This document shows, piece after piece, positions 1-11,554 of a stretch of DNA of 64,000 bases. Each line of letters starts with the position of its first letter. The first letter of the stretch is position 1. Source of the stretch: Schizochytrium sp. TIO01 (taxonomy: Eukaryota; Protista; Bigyra: Labyrinthulomycetes); NCBI GenBank assembly GCA_004764695.1, contig SMSO01000004.1, positions 1,736,001-1,800,000 on the forward strand, in the 5' to 3' direction. The position numbers were made by a program, and so were the translations under genes. The notes below the pieces were generated by a model. The model saw nothing but the letters and a program-made list of their open reading frames with translations. It was not told the origin of the DNA and searched no databases.

Positions 1-155
1 ATCATGAATTTCAATCCAACACAAGGCTCTATCTGAAGGAACCCTAGCATTCAAATAGTACACTAATATCATTATTATTTTCCCGCGCTCAGGATTTAGT
101 AACTTCAAGCCACACCTCAACTTTTCGATTTTCTGTTTTCAGAACACGTTGCACT

Positions 156-3100
156 CTAGAAGTAGCGAGTAGCGAACTCTGCTTTCGAAAGTAGTTCCGT
201 GCTATGCCTGAATTTGGCAATTCCGCATGGACCAATCAGGAAAACGAAATATGCACAGAAAATAAACGCGGAGAACTCCATGATGAGACCCCAAAGCAAC
301 AATACCACTCGCCATTCCATGAGTAGAAGATCGTACTCGCGAACACCGCAGATCCCTAGCTGAGCACATTCTAGCAACACCTCTAACTCACTAAGGTAAG
401 CAGCATCAAACGTGATACTACCCATGATAGCCAAAATAAATGTAGCACGAGACAAGGTACCTGCTGTGATAAATTGACCCCAAAACAGCAATATTACCTG
501 TACCAAAAAGACTGCAGTCATTTGATGATAATTTGCGCCTGTAAATATCCTCGAACCAGCGCGCATGGTAGGTGCGTCAAGGTGTGTTGCCAGGGTCACT
601 TGTGCTGCTTTAATCACGAGAGCAAAAAGGCTAGCGAGACGGCACCATCGCTCGGTGCCTAGTACTTGCCATGTAGTTGGCATGCATACACTTAGAATAA
701 TCCAACCCGTCGCAAGAACCATGCTAACCACAAAACTTGCCACTAAATGACTTGGGCCTGCTGTAAGCCCTGCTTTAGAAGCACCTAAGTTTTCTGCTTG
801 GCCAAGCCAGGACCATGTTGTATTAAGAATTAGCCCAAGATTTGAATTAGCTAAACGTACAGCTAGTGAATTTGAAGTAACTGCAGTAGATACCCCTGTT
901 GAGTTCATGCTTGATACGTAAACATAACCAATGTCTGATGCACTCTCCCCTGCAGAATTGCTCACAACACACCGATAATCACCCTGGTCACTAGACTGAA
1001 GACCATATATAGTCATTGAAAATGTGATGGTTTTCTCTTCTTCACTTTTTCTCGACACAACTTCTGATGAATATATCTCCCATTCCGCTGAATCCTGTGT
1101 TTGCCTTTCCCAAAAAACCTCTAAAGGAAGTGACGAAGTAGTTGTGCAAGATAAGGATACGGTTCCGCCTATGCTTCCTACAACTGACTCAGGACTCGAA
1201 TCAATGATTGCAAGGTTATACACATTTACAAATGCTGTATTGCTTTCTGCCATCCCCACGTTGTTCGAAACAATACATGCATAGACTCCTTGGTCTTCTT
1301 CGGTGACCTCCGAGACCTCAAGAATAGCTGATGTTTCCTCGAGCAAATCGTCGTTTAAAAACCATGCATACTCAATTGGTACTGCACCCGAAGCAGTACA
1401 ATTCAATACCAAACTATCTCCCGGAGCCAAACTTATGTTAGCCAGATTTTGTAAAATAGCTGGTATAAACGATACATCAACCTCCTTTAAAATGCATGCC
1501 TGTAACCCTAAGTCATCTGTTACACGAAGTATATACTCAAATACACCAGGAGTGTCCAGACTCAAAATTGTTGTATTCGTGCTATTTGGAGAAGAAATTT
1601 GACCCGAAATGTCACGACTTGTTTCTGGAGTAGAAAATACTGACCACTCATAAGATACCAACTCAGAATCGTAGAAAGCTACCGAAGCTTCAGCGCTCAG
1701 CTCCGCAGAGATGCTTGGATATGGAACCTCAATGTAGCTAGCTCCAACATTAGCTTCAGGAATAATCGCATCGACATAGACAAGTTGAGTTCCGAGAGTT
1801 AGCGAGGCGTTGCTCTTATACCGTGCTTCAAATGTGTATCGTCCCCGCTCCTCACTACTCAATGGCAAGACGCAGAGTGAGCCAGCAATTTCTGACGATG
1901 GAAGTGATTCTGGTACACGTGCAACCTCCACCCAAGCCACAGGAGTGCCTTCCCATGTTTCTCCCAAGTCTACGGATACAATATTTACTACTGACAGACT
2001 CGCATTAGTCCCTTTCAACAATGACGAAGTCTCTGAGCCCCTCTGTAAAGCCAGTTCACATGCCGGGGTGATATAAAGCATGTCTGAGTTATCAAGTGTA
2101 AAGGACGTTGGACAATCATTGGTTAAATCCACTGTCCATTCGTAGCCATTGCTTTCATCTGCATTAGAACGGTTCACTACCACATCCGAAAGCCCAAAAT
2201 TATTTTCGAGGATCTCCTCCAGCTCTGTAGCAGTTGCCTCAGCGGGAACGGTCGCAGAAATATTGGAATATAAATTCATAAGCTCAAAATTGCCTGCCAA
2301 AGTAGACAGACCTGATTGCGATCTTACAGTTTTTAATGTTATTCCAGCTGTAGTTGAATCTGAGAATGAAGAAAGCAGTTTTTCTTGCTCGCCTGCATTC
2401 CCAAATGTCACTGTCCATGACCAACCGTCTGACGCTTTAGTTACTATAGGAGTTGTTTGGAATGTCTCCAAGTTGCTCAAGGCGGTACTTAAGGTGGATG
2501 CAGAAGCCGTCAGAGGAATCTGTGTAGTTTCCTGCCCCTCAAGACTCAATGTAAATGTGCCAGTAAAGCCTGTATACGCTGATTCTGTTGCATAGGTTGT
2601 AGTATTGCTAGCTCCGCGCACGATTGTACGAGCAGAGGCTATAATTCCAGATCCTTGAAGCTCGGATGTGTTTAAGCCTGCATGCACGTTAATGACTCCT
2701 TTGGCAAGTTGAACACGATACACATAGCCTTGTCGTTCATTTGTAATGATGGCTGATCTTGTCACACTTTCCACAGAGCCGCTTCCGAGAACCTCCTCGA
2801 ATGCTGCTTGAAGCATGTTTTCAGTAGCGTTGAAGGGCAGCACTGTGCTTGCTGAGCTCCATGAACAGCTCCAAGCTGCGCCAAGTGAATTAGCTGAACC
2901 ATCATAAGCAATTTTCGACCCAGCATAGTCCTTATCAAGTTTAATAACGTCAGTTCCACAACCGTCAATGCCTGAACCACAGTCGCTGTAGTTGATAACA
3001 TATATCTCGCGATCTTGAGTGTCCTTAGAAGGAGATGTTGAAATTCGGATCGAATCTCCAGCTACCAGCCCAGCCTCTTGCCAAGCTGTGTTGACATTTC

Positions 3101-3593
3101 CACTATCTACGGAAACAGAGATTAAACTATTGTCACTGTTTGTGTTTGGGAGTGGGGCTCTGTCCACCGAGCCTGGCAGTTGGACATCAAACTCGCAAAA
3201 CTTGAGTATCCAAGAACCTCCTATTAGGGAAGAAGCGTTAATCGTGATATCAATAACTTCATGACTCCACATCTGCAATGTTTGAATTTCCGCAATATTC
3301 TCCGTTGCACTACCTTGAGTCTTTATGAGAAGCTTGTTTGTTGGACGTTGCACGATACGCTCTGCAAAGAGTTCTCCGTTAAAGTCTTCATCAGGGCAAT
3401 ACCCTGAAACATTAGAAACTACAGTGGAGGCGTAGTTGAGTTGACATGAACAGGACAAAACGATACCAATCAGAACCCATGGAGCGAAATAGGCTGGGAT
3501 GATGGGCAATCTTCCCTTTGATGCTTGCATCCGCCCTCTTTTATTATCATCGCAATGTCTTGTCGCAGGTATCCTCACTTGCAGCGTGTTCAT
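156..3593 (-). CDS. Large cell-surface membrane protein: signal-like N-terminus, three beta-rich repeats, PKD/REJ-like domain, two Ig I-set domains, about 5 C-terminal TM helices
   Basis: Intact 1145-aa ORF. Two Ig folds with C...W...DxGxYxC (LNCTASG..EYAWF..DQGVYACIVSN; LSCTTTS..VFWE..DQGDYRCVVSN). PKD-like segment SYEWSV..LDTPGVFEYILRVTDDLG. Repeated motif GxFxL..xPxxATxxxLxxAL..VxVxRS..GYxWxV. Hydrophobic C-terminal segments. The true start may be the second Met (MQASK). Confidence 0.85.
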   Translation of the reverse strand: MNTLQVRIPATRHCDDNKRGRMQASKGRLPIIPAYFAPWVLIGIVLSCSCQLNYASTVVSNVSGYCPDEDFNGELFAERIVQRPTNKLLIKTQGSATENIAEIQTLQMWSHEVIDITINASSLIGGSWILKFCEFDVQLPGSVDRAPLPNTNSDNSLISVSVDSGNVNTAWQEAGLVAGDSIRISTSPSKDTQDREIYVINYSDCGSGIDGCGTDVIKLDKDYAGSKIAYDGSANSLGAAWSCSWSSASTVLPFNATENMLQAAFEEVLGSGSVESVTRSAIITNERQGYVYRVQLAKGVINVHAGLNTSELQGSGIIASARTIVRGASNTTTYATESAYTGFTGTFTLSLEGQETTQIPLTASASTLSTALSNLETFQTTPIVTKASDGWSWTVTFGNAGEQEKLLSSFSDSTTAGITLKTVRSQSGLSTLAGNFELMNLYSNISATVPAEATATELEEILENNFGLSDVVVNRSNADESNGYEWTVDLTNDCPTSFTLDNSDMLYITPACELALQRGSETSSLLKGTNASLSVVNIVSVDLGETWEGTPVAWVEVARVPESLPSSEIAGSLCVLPLSSEERGRYTFEARYKSNASLTLGTQLVYVDAIIPEANVGASYIEVPYPSISAELSAEASVAFYDSELVSYEWSVFSTPETSRDISGQISSPNSTNTTILSLDTPGVFEYILRVTDDLGLQACILKEVDVSFIPAILQNLANISLAPGDSLVLNCTASGAVPIEYAWFLNDDLLEETSAILEVSEVTEEDQGVYACIVSNNVGMAESNTAFVNVYNLAIIDSSPESVVGSIGGTVSLSCTTTSSLPLEVFWERQTQDSAEWEIYSSEVVSRKSEEEKTITFSMTIYGLQSSDQGDYRCVVSNSAGESASDIGYVYVSSMNSTGVSTAVTSNSLAVRLANSNLGLILNTTWSWLGQAENLGASKAGLTAGPSHLVASFVVSMVLATGWIILSVCMPTTWQVLGTERWCRLASLFALVIKAAQVTLATHLDAPTMRAGSRIFTGANYHQMTAVFLVQVILLFWGQFITAGTLSRATFILAIMGSITFDAAYLSELEVLLECAQLGICGVREYDLLLMEWRVVLLLWGLIMEFSAFIFCAYFVFLIGPCGIAKFRHSTELLSKAEFATRYF

Positions 3594-4183
3594 AGTTAAC
3601 CGGTAAAGTTAATCGTTGATTATTGCAACATCTACCTCCTTTGCAACTTCACCAATAGTGCAGGCGATGCGGCAATGCTGCTTGCCCAAGTTCTTTGAGA
3701 GACAGATATAGATATATTTCCCTGAAAGGACCAAAAATTCCCAGATTGCAAGCCCCTACGTAGGTTTTGATCTCATCATATTACAAATATAAGAAGTTTT
3801 TTGAAGCGTGGATGTTATTTGTCCGTTGAATTATATAATAAGGGAAATAGATTAGTAATAAATATAAGAGATGGCAGGAAGCTTACAAGGGTCGCTTACC
3901 AGGGTCAATTCTACATGAGAGTGGTGCACACTGCTCCTGATTTGGCCTGTCTTTGTACAATTTTAGTAATAGGCAAGTCCAATGTTAGATAATAATAAGA
4001 TGAGTCCCGAGTTAACCACTTTAGCATTTTATGTGGATCACACTTCAGCTAATGCTAGATTGTAATTGAAAAAACAACTTTGAAGGGGTAGGTGCGCCAT
4101 AGATGGCTAGCCACTTGCTTCAAGTTGGTATTTAGAGAGAAAGGTTGGCACGTTTGCAAAAGCCAAGTCCTTGCGCAGGTCAA

Positions 4184-6689
4184 ATGCCACGTTCATCATC
4201 CATGTCGAGCTCGTCTGCCTCCTTCAAGCAACGCAAGAAGGACTTTGAGGACGCATGTGGAGGGGTCGAGCTGTCTACTATGGACTTATTTAATGCTCCA
4301 GAGATTAAATTGCCAGTGCTCCGACCACGCATTCTTGATATGCGAGACTTCTCGCATGCTCGTATTTCGGAGGTTGACCTTCTTCCTGAATGGCTGAAGG
4401 CTAAGCGCCGAGCCCCTGAGAGACTCAAGGAGTGGCTCAAAGCGCATATGCGGCATAGAAACAAACAACAGCGATGTCACAATTCCCACCAGGACCAAAG
4501 TGAGAGCGACGACGAGAACTCTGAGAGTGATGAATGTAGCTCTTGTCAGAAACCTGTAAATGAGATAGATTTAGTCATTGATTCAAAGGATCAAGACCCT
4601 GAACTTGGCGCATTAGAACGTCTTCTTAAGGAGCATGGATCCCTCTTGCAGGTTGAAGCAGCCATGAAGGACCAAGAGTCTGCCCTTAAAGCAGCTCAAG
4701 TGCGCGAAACACGATTTAGCCGAGATCCTTTGTTAAAACGCAGGCGTCTTGTTGACATGTCTCCACAGCAATTACATGTCCTTGTAATTGCACTCCAAAA
4801 CGAGCTTGCTGCGTGCAACTCATATATGAAAGGTTGCAATATGTTAAAACACCCTGTTTTGGAGTCTGCGATAGGACCCCACGTCTCTGAAGAGGAGAAA
4901 CGAGTTATCTTTGCAGAACCTGAGCCTTCGCATTTGATCGATGTAGCCCGCTTACATCTTTTTACCCGCGATGCACGACCGGAATCAGACCTTGAGTCTA
5001 GTGAAAATGACATAGATTGTGAACAGTTTCCAAGTGGGACTTTTGATACAAAACCTTCGTCACAGACCACCCAGGGTCGAAGAGAATGTGGCAGTACAGA
5101 AACAGCAGCACCAATCGTTACGGAGACAAATGGACTGGCTAAGAGAAGCGTTATCAGAATTCACGGAAGACCTTGCTGCGATGGGAAATGCCTTAGCCGG
5201 CACTTTACAAGGAGGGGGGCTTGACTTTGAAAAGATTACATCCCAAGATTCCCCTCAATCTGAACAACAATGTCCTCAAAAGGTCCACCCATCCTCGTGG
5301 CCCAGCGTTGAATCTGAACGTTCTACTCGAATATTCCTCGCTCAGCAACAAACATTGCTAGAACATATTAATATAAGCGTGAGACAGATATCCCGTAGTG
5401 TTGAAAACGATATTGGACGATTACACAAAGAACTTGTTGCCCGTGATGAGATTATTGAAATGCAACAAGATATAGAACTCAAGTTGATCAAATCCAAGCG
5501 AGAGACAGCCTCAACAAATATACAGCTTGCTTCTCTAGTAATGCGAACCATTTATAACGTTTATCCACGGCTTTGGGAGAAACTGTCTGGACACTCGCGA
5601 TCCCTGACTCTTGATGACCTCATGGACTGGGAGGAAAAAAACAACGAGTGGTTAAAGCATTGGGTAGCGATGGTTTCTCACGAAGACTCTGTTAAGGACG
5701 GTATGACTGATGTCGAATTCCCTCGCATACGTCTAGCATCGTCGTACTCCAATGTAAACACTAGTAATGGCAAGAAACGAGCAACTTTTTACGGTTCAGC
5801 GCAGCAGAAACCAGAATCCGTCTCGCCTGTTGGGCGAATTACCAATCAGGCATCTTTTCGAGTGAAAACCCCCGTCCTCTCAAGAGTTGGGTCGTTCTCT
5901 CCTAGTCAACAGCATCAACAGCATCAGCAGGATGAAGCCTTAGTACAATCATGGATACAAAAGGGTATAGAGAAGGAACAGCGATCATCCATGAAAACAC
6001 AAGAAGTCTTTCATAAAAGAATGCTTGGTGCAATTCGTAACCCTCCAGAGAAAGCCGTGGAATCTCTATTGAATGGGTTGTTAAAGTCTGTTCTAGATTA
6101 CTCACCTATATTAGTGTCTGCACCCAGTCCGGCTGAGCTGCTTGACCGTCTGCAGGAGTTCTCCTATGATGTTTGTTTGATCCCTAATTTGGTCACCCAA
6201 CACAAAGTTGGCTGTGCATTTGGACTAGCGTGGGCTCAAGTGCGAATGCAAGAGAATATGCGCGAAATTCAGCCTTTAGTACCTAAAGCAAGTGTGGTGA
6301 ACAAAAGTCAAAAGGAGAGTCGAGAAGAAGAACAGGAAGAGTCGTTCAATGATTTACCTCAAGTTCAAACAAGGTTTTCGACTGATCGACGCAGCAAGAA
6401 CGGTTTGCTGGTCAAGTATTGGCTCGAAGAATGCTCACGGTTAGCTTTTGGAAAAACTCACAATACCACTATAGCCTGGGTGAAAGGATTAGCGCAGCAT
6501 ATTCAGAGCCGAATTCATTCTATGGAACATAGGCAGGTCTCCACAACCATACCTCCTCCTGAGGGAAAGTATGAAAGTAGAAACGTCCGTTTAGGTAACC
6601 TAACCACAAGTGGATTGTCATCCCCTCGTCGTCCCCAGACTGCTCGACCAGTGCGAACTAAAAGTACACGCGAAGCTCGGGGGAGATGA
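4184..6689 (+). CDS. Hypothetical coiled-coil protein spread over two overlapping frames (4184-5224 and 5019-6689); probably one gene with a short intron or frameshift near 5.0-5.1 kb
   Basis: Two long same-strand ORFs overlap by about 200 nt and are offset by +1. The first ATG is at 4184. Protein-like composition switches frame near 5070. No domain recognised. Confidence 0.6.
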
Positions 6690-7700
6690 TCCTTTAGAAC
6701 GTTTATTTTTGGAATACGGATTCATCTTTTGTCTACCTTGTAATTTCTATTTTTTTTTAATTTTCTTGTGTTATCTAGTAGTAACCAATTGAGTGTCGCA
6801 AATAGTAAAGGAATACTCAATTTTATATGAGTTGATCCTAGTTTTATTCCAGATTCGACATTAGAGGGAAGCATTTATATTTTTATGAGCTCAATTTTCA
6901 ACACCCTGAATGGAAGCCATGTGTTTTGCAGCTAATCTGTTGCGCTCAAAGTCATATAGGAGTAAAATAGGCTTGGCATGACACTTTGGAAAACTTTTCA
7001 TGAAAATCAGGATATGAGCCACCAGGTCGATCGTGAAGTTGGAGATAGTTTGCAGTACTTTGGGATCATAGATGTGCGCAGCTCCAATAATTGCCAACCT
7101 TACTATCCGCATTAAAATAGAAGATCAGCAAGAGGAATAAACAAGTAACAGGGACAAGGCAAAAAAGAAATAAGCAATCACATAAGTAGAACCAGACTTT
7201 CTGTTTTGTTGTGGGGGTATTATTTTGTAAAAAAGGGGGGGGCGGGGAAGTGCATTGCGTACGTTGTAGGAGGTAAGTATGAAATGTCATCCGAAGTGTA
7301 GTAAATCCGCAGCATGATGCTAGCCAGCAATCTTGGTAATGATGATGACGATGATTGATGAAGGTCAGATACGACGGTGATAATGGATAGTCAGTAACGA
7401 CAACAAAGGGCGATCTAACCATCCACCGACCTATTCCTCACGTTCCACTTCCTGACGAAGAGCGCTCAGATACTCGGTCAATCACTCGCAAACATACACA
7501 TACACGCATACTTACATGCACGCATGCACACATAGGGATGCAAATCCACCACATGCATGCATGCATACATGCACGCATGCTTTTTGAAATCAATCAAATC
7601 AATCAATCAATCCATCACACCAGAGAAACAGACTAGACAGACTATATAGACTAGACAGATCTGCTGTTGTTGCTGCTGCTGCATTCATTACGTGCTGTGT

Positions 7701-9323
7701 TTACTGAGCGAGAGGCAAAAAGTTGCTGCTGTCGCCGAGCTCCTGGGAAGCCTTGGCCATGGTCTGCGAGGAGCGCGTGATGATGTTGCCGTCAAGGTGG
7801 TAGTCGTGGATCTTGGGCCTGAAGGGAGTGCAGTCAACCTTGCCAGCAGTTGCCGTGGCGACCTTGGCGTAGTCCTTGCCAAAGAGCTGCTCAGGAAGGA
7901 TGCTGGGCGAAACCTTGCCCTGGATTGCGACAGAGGGCACGAGAGATGCAAGGCGGGTGTGAAGCTCGTCCTCAGTCTCGTAGGGGAGCACAGTGTCGGC
8001 GCAGGACTCGGCAAGAGCGCGCACGATCTTCCAGTCGACACGAGCATCCACGGGCGGAGTGATGGCGTTGCGAGCAAGCTGCGCGCGGCCCTCAAAGTTC
8101 ACGTAAATGCCGTTCTTTTCACTGTAGGCAGATCCTGCCAAGACAACATCAGCGCGGCTGGCAAGCTCGTCACCGTGGGATCCCTGGAAGATCACGAAGG
8201 TGTTGGGACCAATGAGCTGGTCCACGGGCACGGGGAGGTCCTCTGCTGACACATTGAGAAGGTAGAGCACATCTGCGGGCTTCTTCTCCGGGGATGCGTC
8301 AAAGGGAAGAGTACGTCCAAGCTCAAGAAGTCCGACGTCGTTTGCACTGTGGTGGAGGGTGTTTACTCCGTTCCAGACGAGCTCTCCGCTCTCCTTATCG
8401 AACTGGCGGAAGTTGCCGCTCTTGGCAGCGATGGTCTCCACAAGTCCCATGAGTGCCTCTCCATCCTGACGCTCGTAAATCTGCGAAGAGACAACCATAG
8501 CCGGACGCTCAGCGTTAGCAAGGCGTGCGCAGAGCGGGTGGCGTCCCTCAGCGATCTCCACAAGAGTTGCCGGGGTGAGACCAACCTGTGCGATGGGGAA
8601 AGTAAGGTCCGAAGCCATACCCAGGCTGAAGACATCCATTTCGCCGTGAAGGAAGGACTTGCGCAGGCGGGTCTGCAGCAAGGGGGCCTCAGAGGCAAGC
8701 GGTGTTCCAACAAGCAGCACAAGGTCGGCAGACTCGAGGCCGAGGATGGTGGAGTTGAAGCGGTACTGCGAGCTGACATCAGCACCGAGGGAGCCTCCAC
8801 GGGAGCCAAGGCTCTCGAGCTCCACATCTGCGTAGGTGTTCACGAAGTCGGAAAGAGCAAGTGCGGAGTAAAGGTCAGCGGACGGTCCAACGATGGCACG
8901 GACGGAGCCGTTTTCAGAACGCTGCTTGGCGAGCGCAGTCTTGACACGCGCAAAAACGCCACGCCAGTTGGATCCAGTGGCATCCCAGGCGGAAGGGCGC
9001 TGCAAGTCGCGCAGAAGGGGGCGCGTCAGGCGCTGGCGCTTGAGGCCATCGTAGGAGAAACGCGTCTTATCGTGGATCCACTCCTCGTTGATCTCGTCGT
9101 TCTCGCGGGGCACCACGCGGAGCACCTCACCGCCCTTAGTCTGCAGCTTGATGCTGGCGCCCATGCCGTCAGTCACATCCACGCTGTCGGTGTCCTTCAG
9201 CTCCCACGGACGGGCAGTGAACGCGTACGGCTTGGACGTCAGCGCGCCCATAAGGCGTGCCTGCTGGCGCCGATGAGCGACGCCAAGGGACTGAGATGCC
9301 CACTTTGCGGGACTGCGCATCAT
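7701..9323 (-). CDS. nad11: NADH:ubiquinone oxidoreductase 75-kDa subunit, C-terminal (molybdopterin-oxidoreductase-like) half only, with N-terminal mitochondrial presequence (nad11b)
   Basis: GALTSKPYAFTARPWE..GEVLRVVPRENDEINEEWIHDKTRFSYDGLKRQRL, FQGSHGD..ADVVLAGSAYSEKNGIYVNFEGRAQ, DARVDWKIVRALAE and ITRSSQTMAKAS are NDUFS1/NuoG signatures. The first 24 aa are Arg/Ala/Ser-rich with no acidic residues. Strong GC3 codon bias. Confidence 0.95.
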   Translation of the reverse strand: MMRSPAKWASQSLGVAHRRQQARLMGALTSKPYAFTARPWELKDTDSVDVTDGMGASIKLQTKGGEVLRVVPRENDEINEEWIHDKTRFSYDGLKRQRLTRPLLRDLQRPSAWDATGSNWRGVFARVKTALAKQRSENGSVRAIVGPSADLYSALALSDFVNTYADVELESLGSRGGSLGADVSSQYRFNSTILGLESADLVLLVGTPLASEAPLLQTRLRKSFLHGEMDVFSLGMASDLTFPIAQVGLTPATLVEIAEGRHPLCARLANAERPAMVVSSQIYERQDGEALMGLVETIAAKSGNFRQFDKESGELVWNGVNTLHHSANDVGLLELGRTLPFDASPEKKPADVLYLLNVSAEDLPVPVDQLIGPNTFVIFQGSHGDELASRADVVLAGSAYSEKNGIYVNFEGRAQLARNAITPPVDARVDWKIVRALAESCADTVLPYETEDELHTRLASLVPSVAIQGKVSPSILPEQLFGKDYAKVATATAGKVDCTPFRPKIHDYHLDGNIITRSSQTMAKASQELGDSSNFLPLAQ

Positions 9324-9524
9324 CTTGCTGTGTCAAATTCCGCTATCCCAGGATACCTCGCTACCCTGATGCCTCCTCGAACCTACGAACGCGCGCCGCT
9401 CTCTCCGTCGTCGCGAGCAGAGGTCGGGTTGCTTGTTTGTTTCTCTCCTCCTATCTCTCTACGCTCTACCTACCGATCTCCTACTTTGCCTGCTGCTTTC
9501 TCCTACTCCTCTACTCCTCTACTT

Positions 9525-9531
9525 ATCACTC

Positions 9532-9567
<36 letters not shown>

Positions 9568-9812
9568 TTACCCACTTACCTATTTACCTACTTACCTACT
9601 TACTGCCTGCCTGCCTGCCTGCTGCTTATTGCCCCTTGCTTTCTCTATCTATCCTATCTCTCTATCTCTCTATCTCTCTATCTCTCTATCTAACTATCTA
9701 ACTATCAATATCTCTCTGTCATTCTTCATTCACTCATTCATTCACTCATTCACTCATTCATTCACTCATTCATTCACTCACTCATTCATTCATTCACTCA
9801 CTCACTCATTCT
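9525..9812. repeat. Compound microsatellite (ACTT)n/(GCCT)n/(TCTA)n/(CATT-CACT)n upstream of nad11b
   Basis: Directly visible tandem tetranucleotide arrays. They generate the spurious LTYLLTY and HSFIHSF ORFs. Confidence 0.95.
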
Positions 9813-10299
9813 ATTCCTTGTTATGCCGATTAATTAACAGCAGGCAGTGGAGCTGGCTAGCAGAGTAATAGCCCCTCCTAGCGAATTGGACGCATGGACT
9901 CTTTCTCGAGCAAGTAAGCTGCGCTGCGGCGTGGAGAAAGCTCGTTGGGCGGGCGGGTAGCGGGTGGGCGGCGGGCGGGTGCCAGGCACGCTTATTTGGA
10001 GCCCTGCGGAGAGGCAGCAGCGACGCAATCTTGCGAAATGAGGATGAATCGAGGCTGAGCCAGCTACTCTACTCAGGCACCCGGCAGGCGAGGCCAGCGA
10101 AGGCGCCTATAGAGCAAACAAATATAGTCTACTGTAGGCAGAATACTCTACTGTACGCCAAAGTAGACTATTCGCTCGCTCTGTTTGCCTCACTGACACA
10201 GTGTGCGAGGAGCTCTCCGGAGCGCTGTTATCTGTCTCAGCATGCCCAAGAAAGCATACCTGCAGGTCTGCCTTCGCTCTCCTCGAGGAGCCTCACAAG

Positions 10300-10392
10300 A
10301 AAGCAAACGAGCAAACAACCAACGAACAAACAACGAAACAAACAAACAAACAAACAACGAAACAACGAAACAAACAAGCAAACAAACAAACC
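10300..10392. repeat. Degenerate (AAAC)n microsatellite
   Basis: aaacaaacaaacaaacaaac tract with aacg variants. Confidence 0.9.
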
Positions 10393-11554
10393 AAGCTCAA
10401 TCGGCAACAGAAATCCATCACAATCCACACCCCTACCCGCAAGATAGCCAACTCCTAAGCTCGTGCTTGGCTCTCTTCGTACTATGCCAGCAGTAGCCGC
10501 AGCAGAAGACTAGCACCCCATATATTGTAAACTGTAAAAGTACACAGCACGGCCGTCCCGAAGGCTGATCAAGGGTTGTGAGAAGAGTCTAAGGCCAGCT
10601 AGTGGGTAACTAGAAGCAGCAGCAGGCAGCGGCAAAATAATTGACACATTTAAAAGGCCGGAGATCGCACAATGACCCCCATGTACAGGGCAAGAAGGAG
10701 AGGCTAGTTGGAAAAGGGAGATAGATAAGAACAAGGTGACGACAATATGCCGAAGGAGGCGAGGAAGCGCAGGGAGATAGGACGCAAGAGCTAAGGAGTA
10801 AGGACTTCAGTCCTCTCTAGCAACGAACAAGGTTGATAAGATTCCATCCTGTGAACAAGAAGAAAGGCATCTAAAAGGGTTACAGGAAAAACCATACGCT
10901 AGTGCTATGGTAAGAAAAACGAAAACAGAAAAACAGACGAAAAGCAACCCAGAGGAAAGAAATCAAGATCATCATACCATGATACGTAACTATGGGACCC
11001 TTCCTTTTAATACTCGTATGAAAATGCCTAAAATAGTGCTAGGCCCTAGTTTCTTACAAATAGTCCACTTGTTTAAAATTTACTTATATAATTTAGTTTT
11101 TCATATCATGAATCCGCTTTGTGAACCTCTATATCTGTCTGAGAAAGCTTACAGAACTCAAGGGAGCATATTTGTATTTGTTCACTTAAGAACCTGGTAC
11201 TCCTTAAATCGATTTCCTCGACAGATCGTTCTTGTAATACTCAGGAGACTAATCTGTATTACAAATAACTCAGATTTCATCAGACGCGGTCTATTTAAGA
11301 TGAAAATGCACTTTCCATTGTTGGGTTCCTTGGCGTCACAGCCTCTTGATCTAGACATTTTCAATCCTTATTTCCAGAGCTGCAACATCAAGGACTATAG
11401 CACTGATTTGTTTATGCGTTTTTCAATCGGATATCTTAGAACTGAATTAGTAAAGAACAAACCTAACTGCTCAAAGTTTTAAAAAGAAGCACCAAAAAAC
11501 TCAGTGATCATGTTCGTGTATACTCGGGTTTAACATTCAGTATACATCAAACAC

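Noticed and set aside
6891-7112. 73-aa ORF starting MRIVRLAIIGAAHI (Rossmann-like start)
   Set aside because: Too short, lacks a complete GxGxxG, and there is no further support.
8349-9701. 450-aa + strand ORF, and 7692-8249
   Set aside because: Antisense shadows of the GC3-biased nad11b CDS, running into microsatellite.
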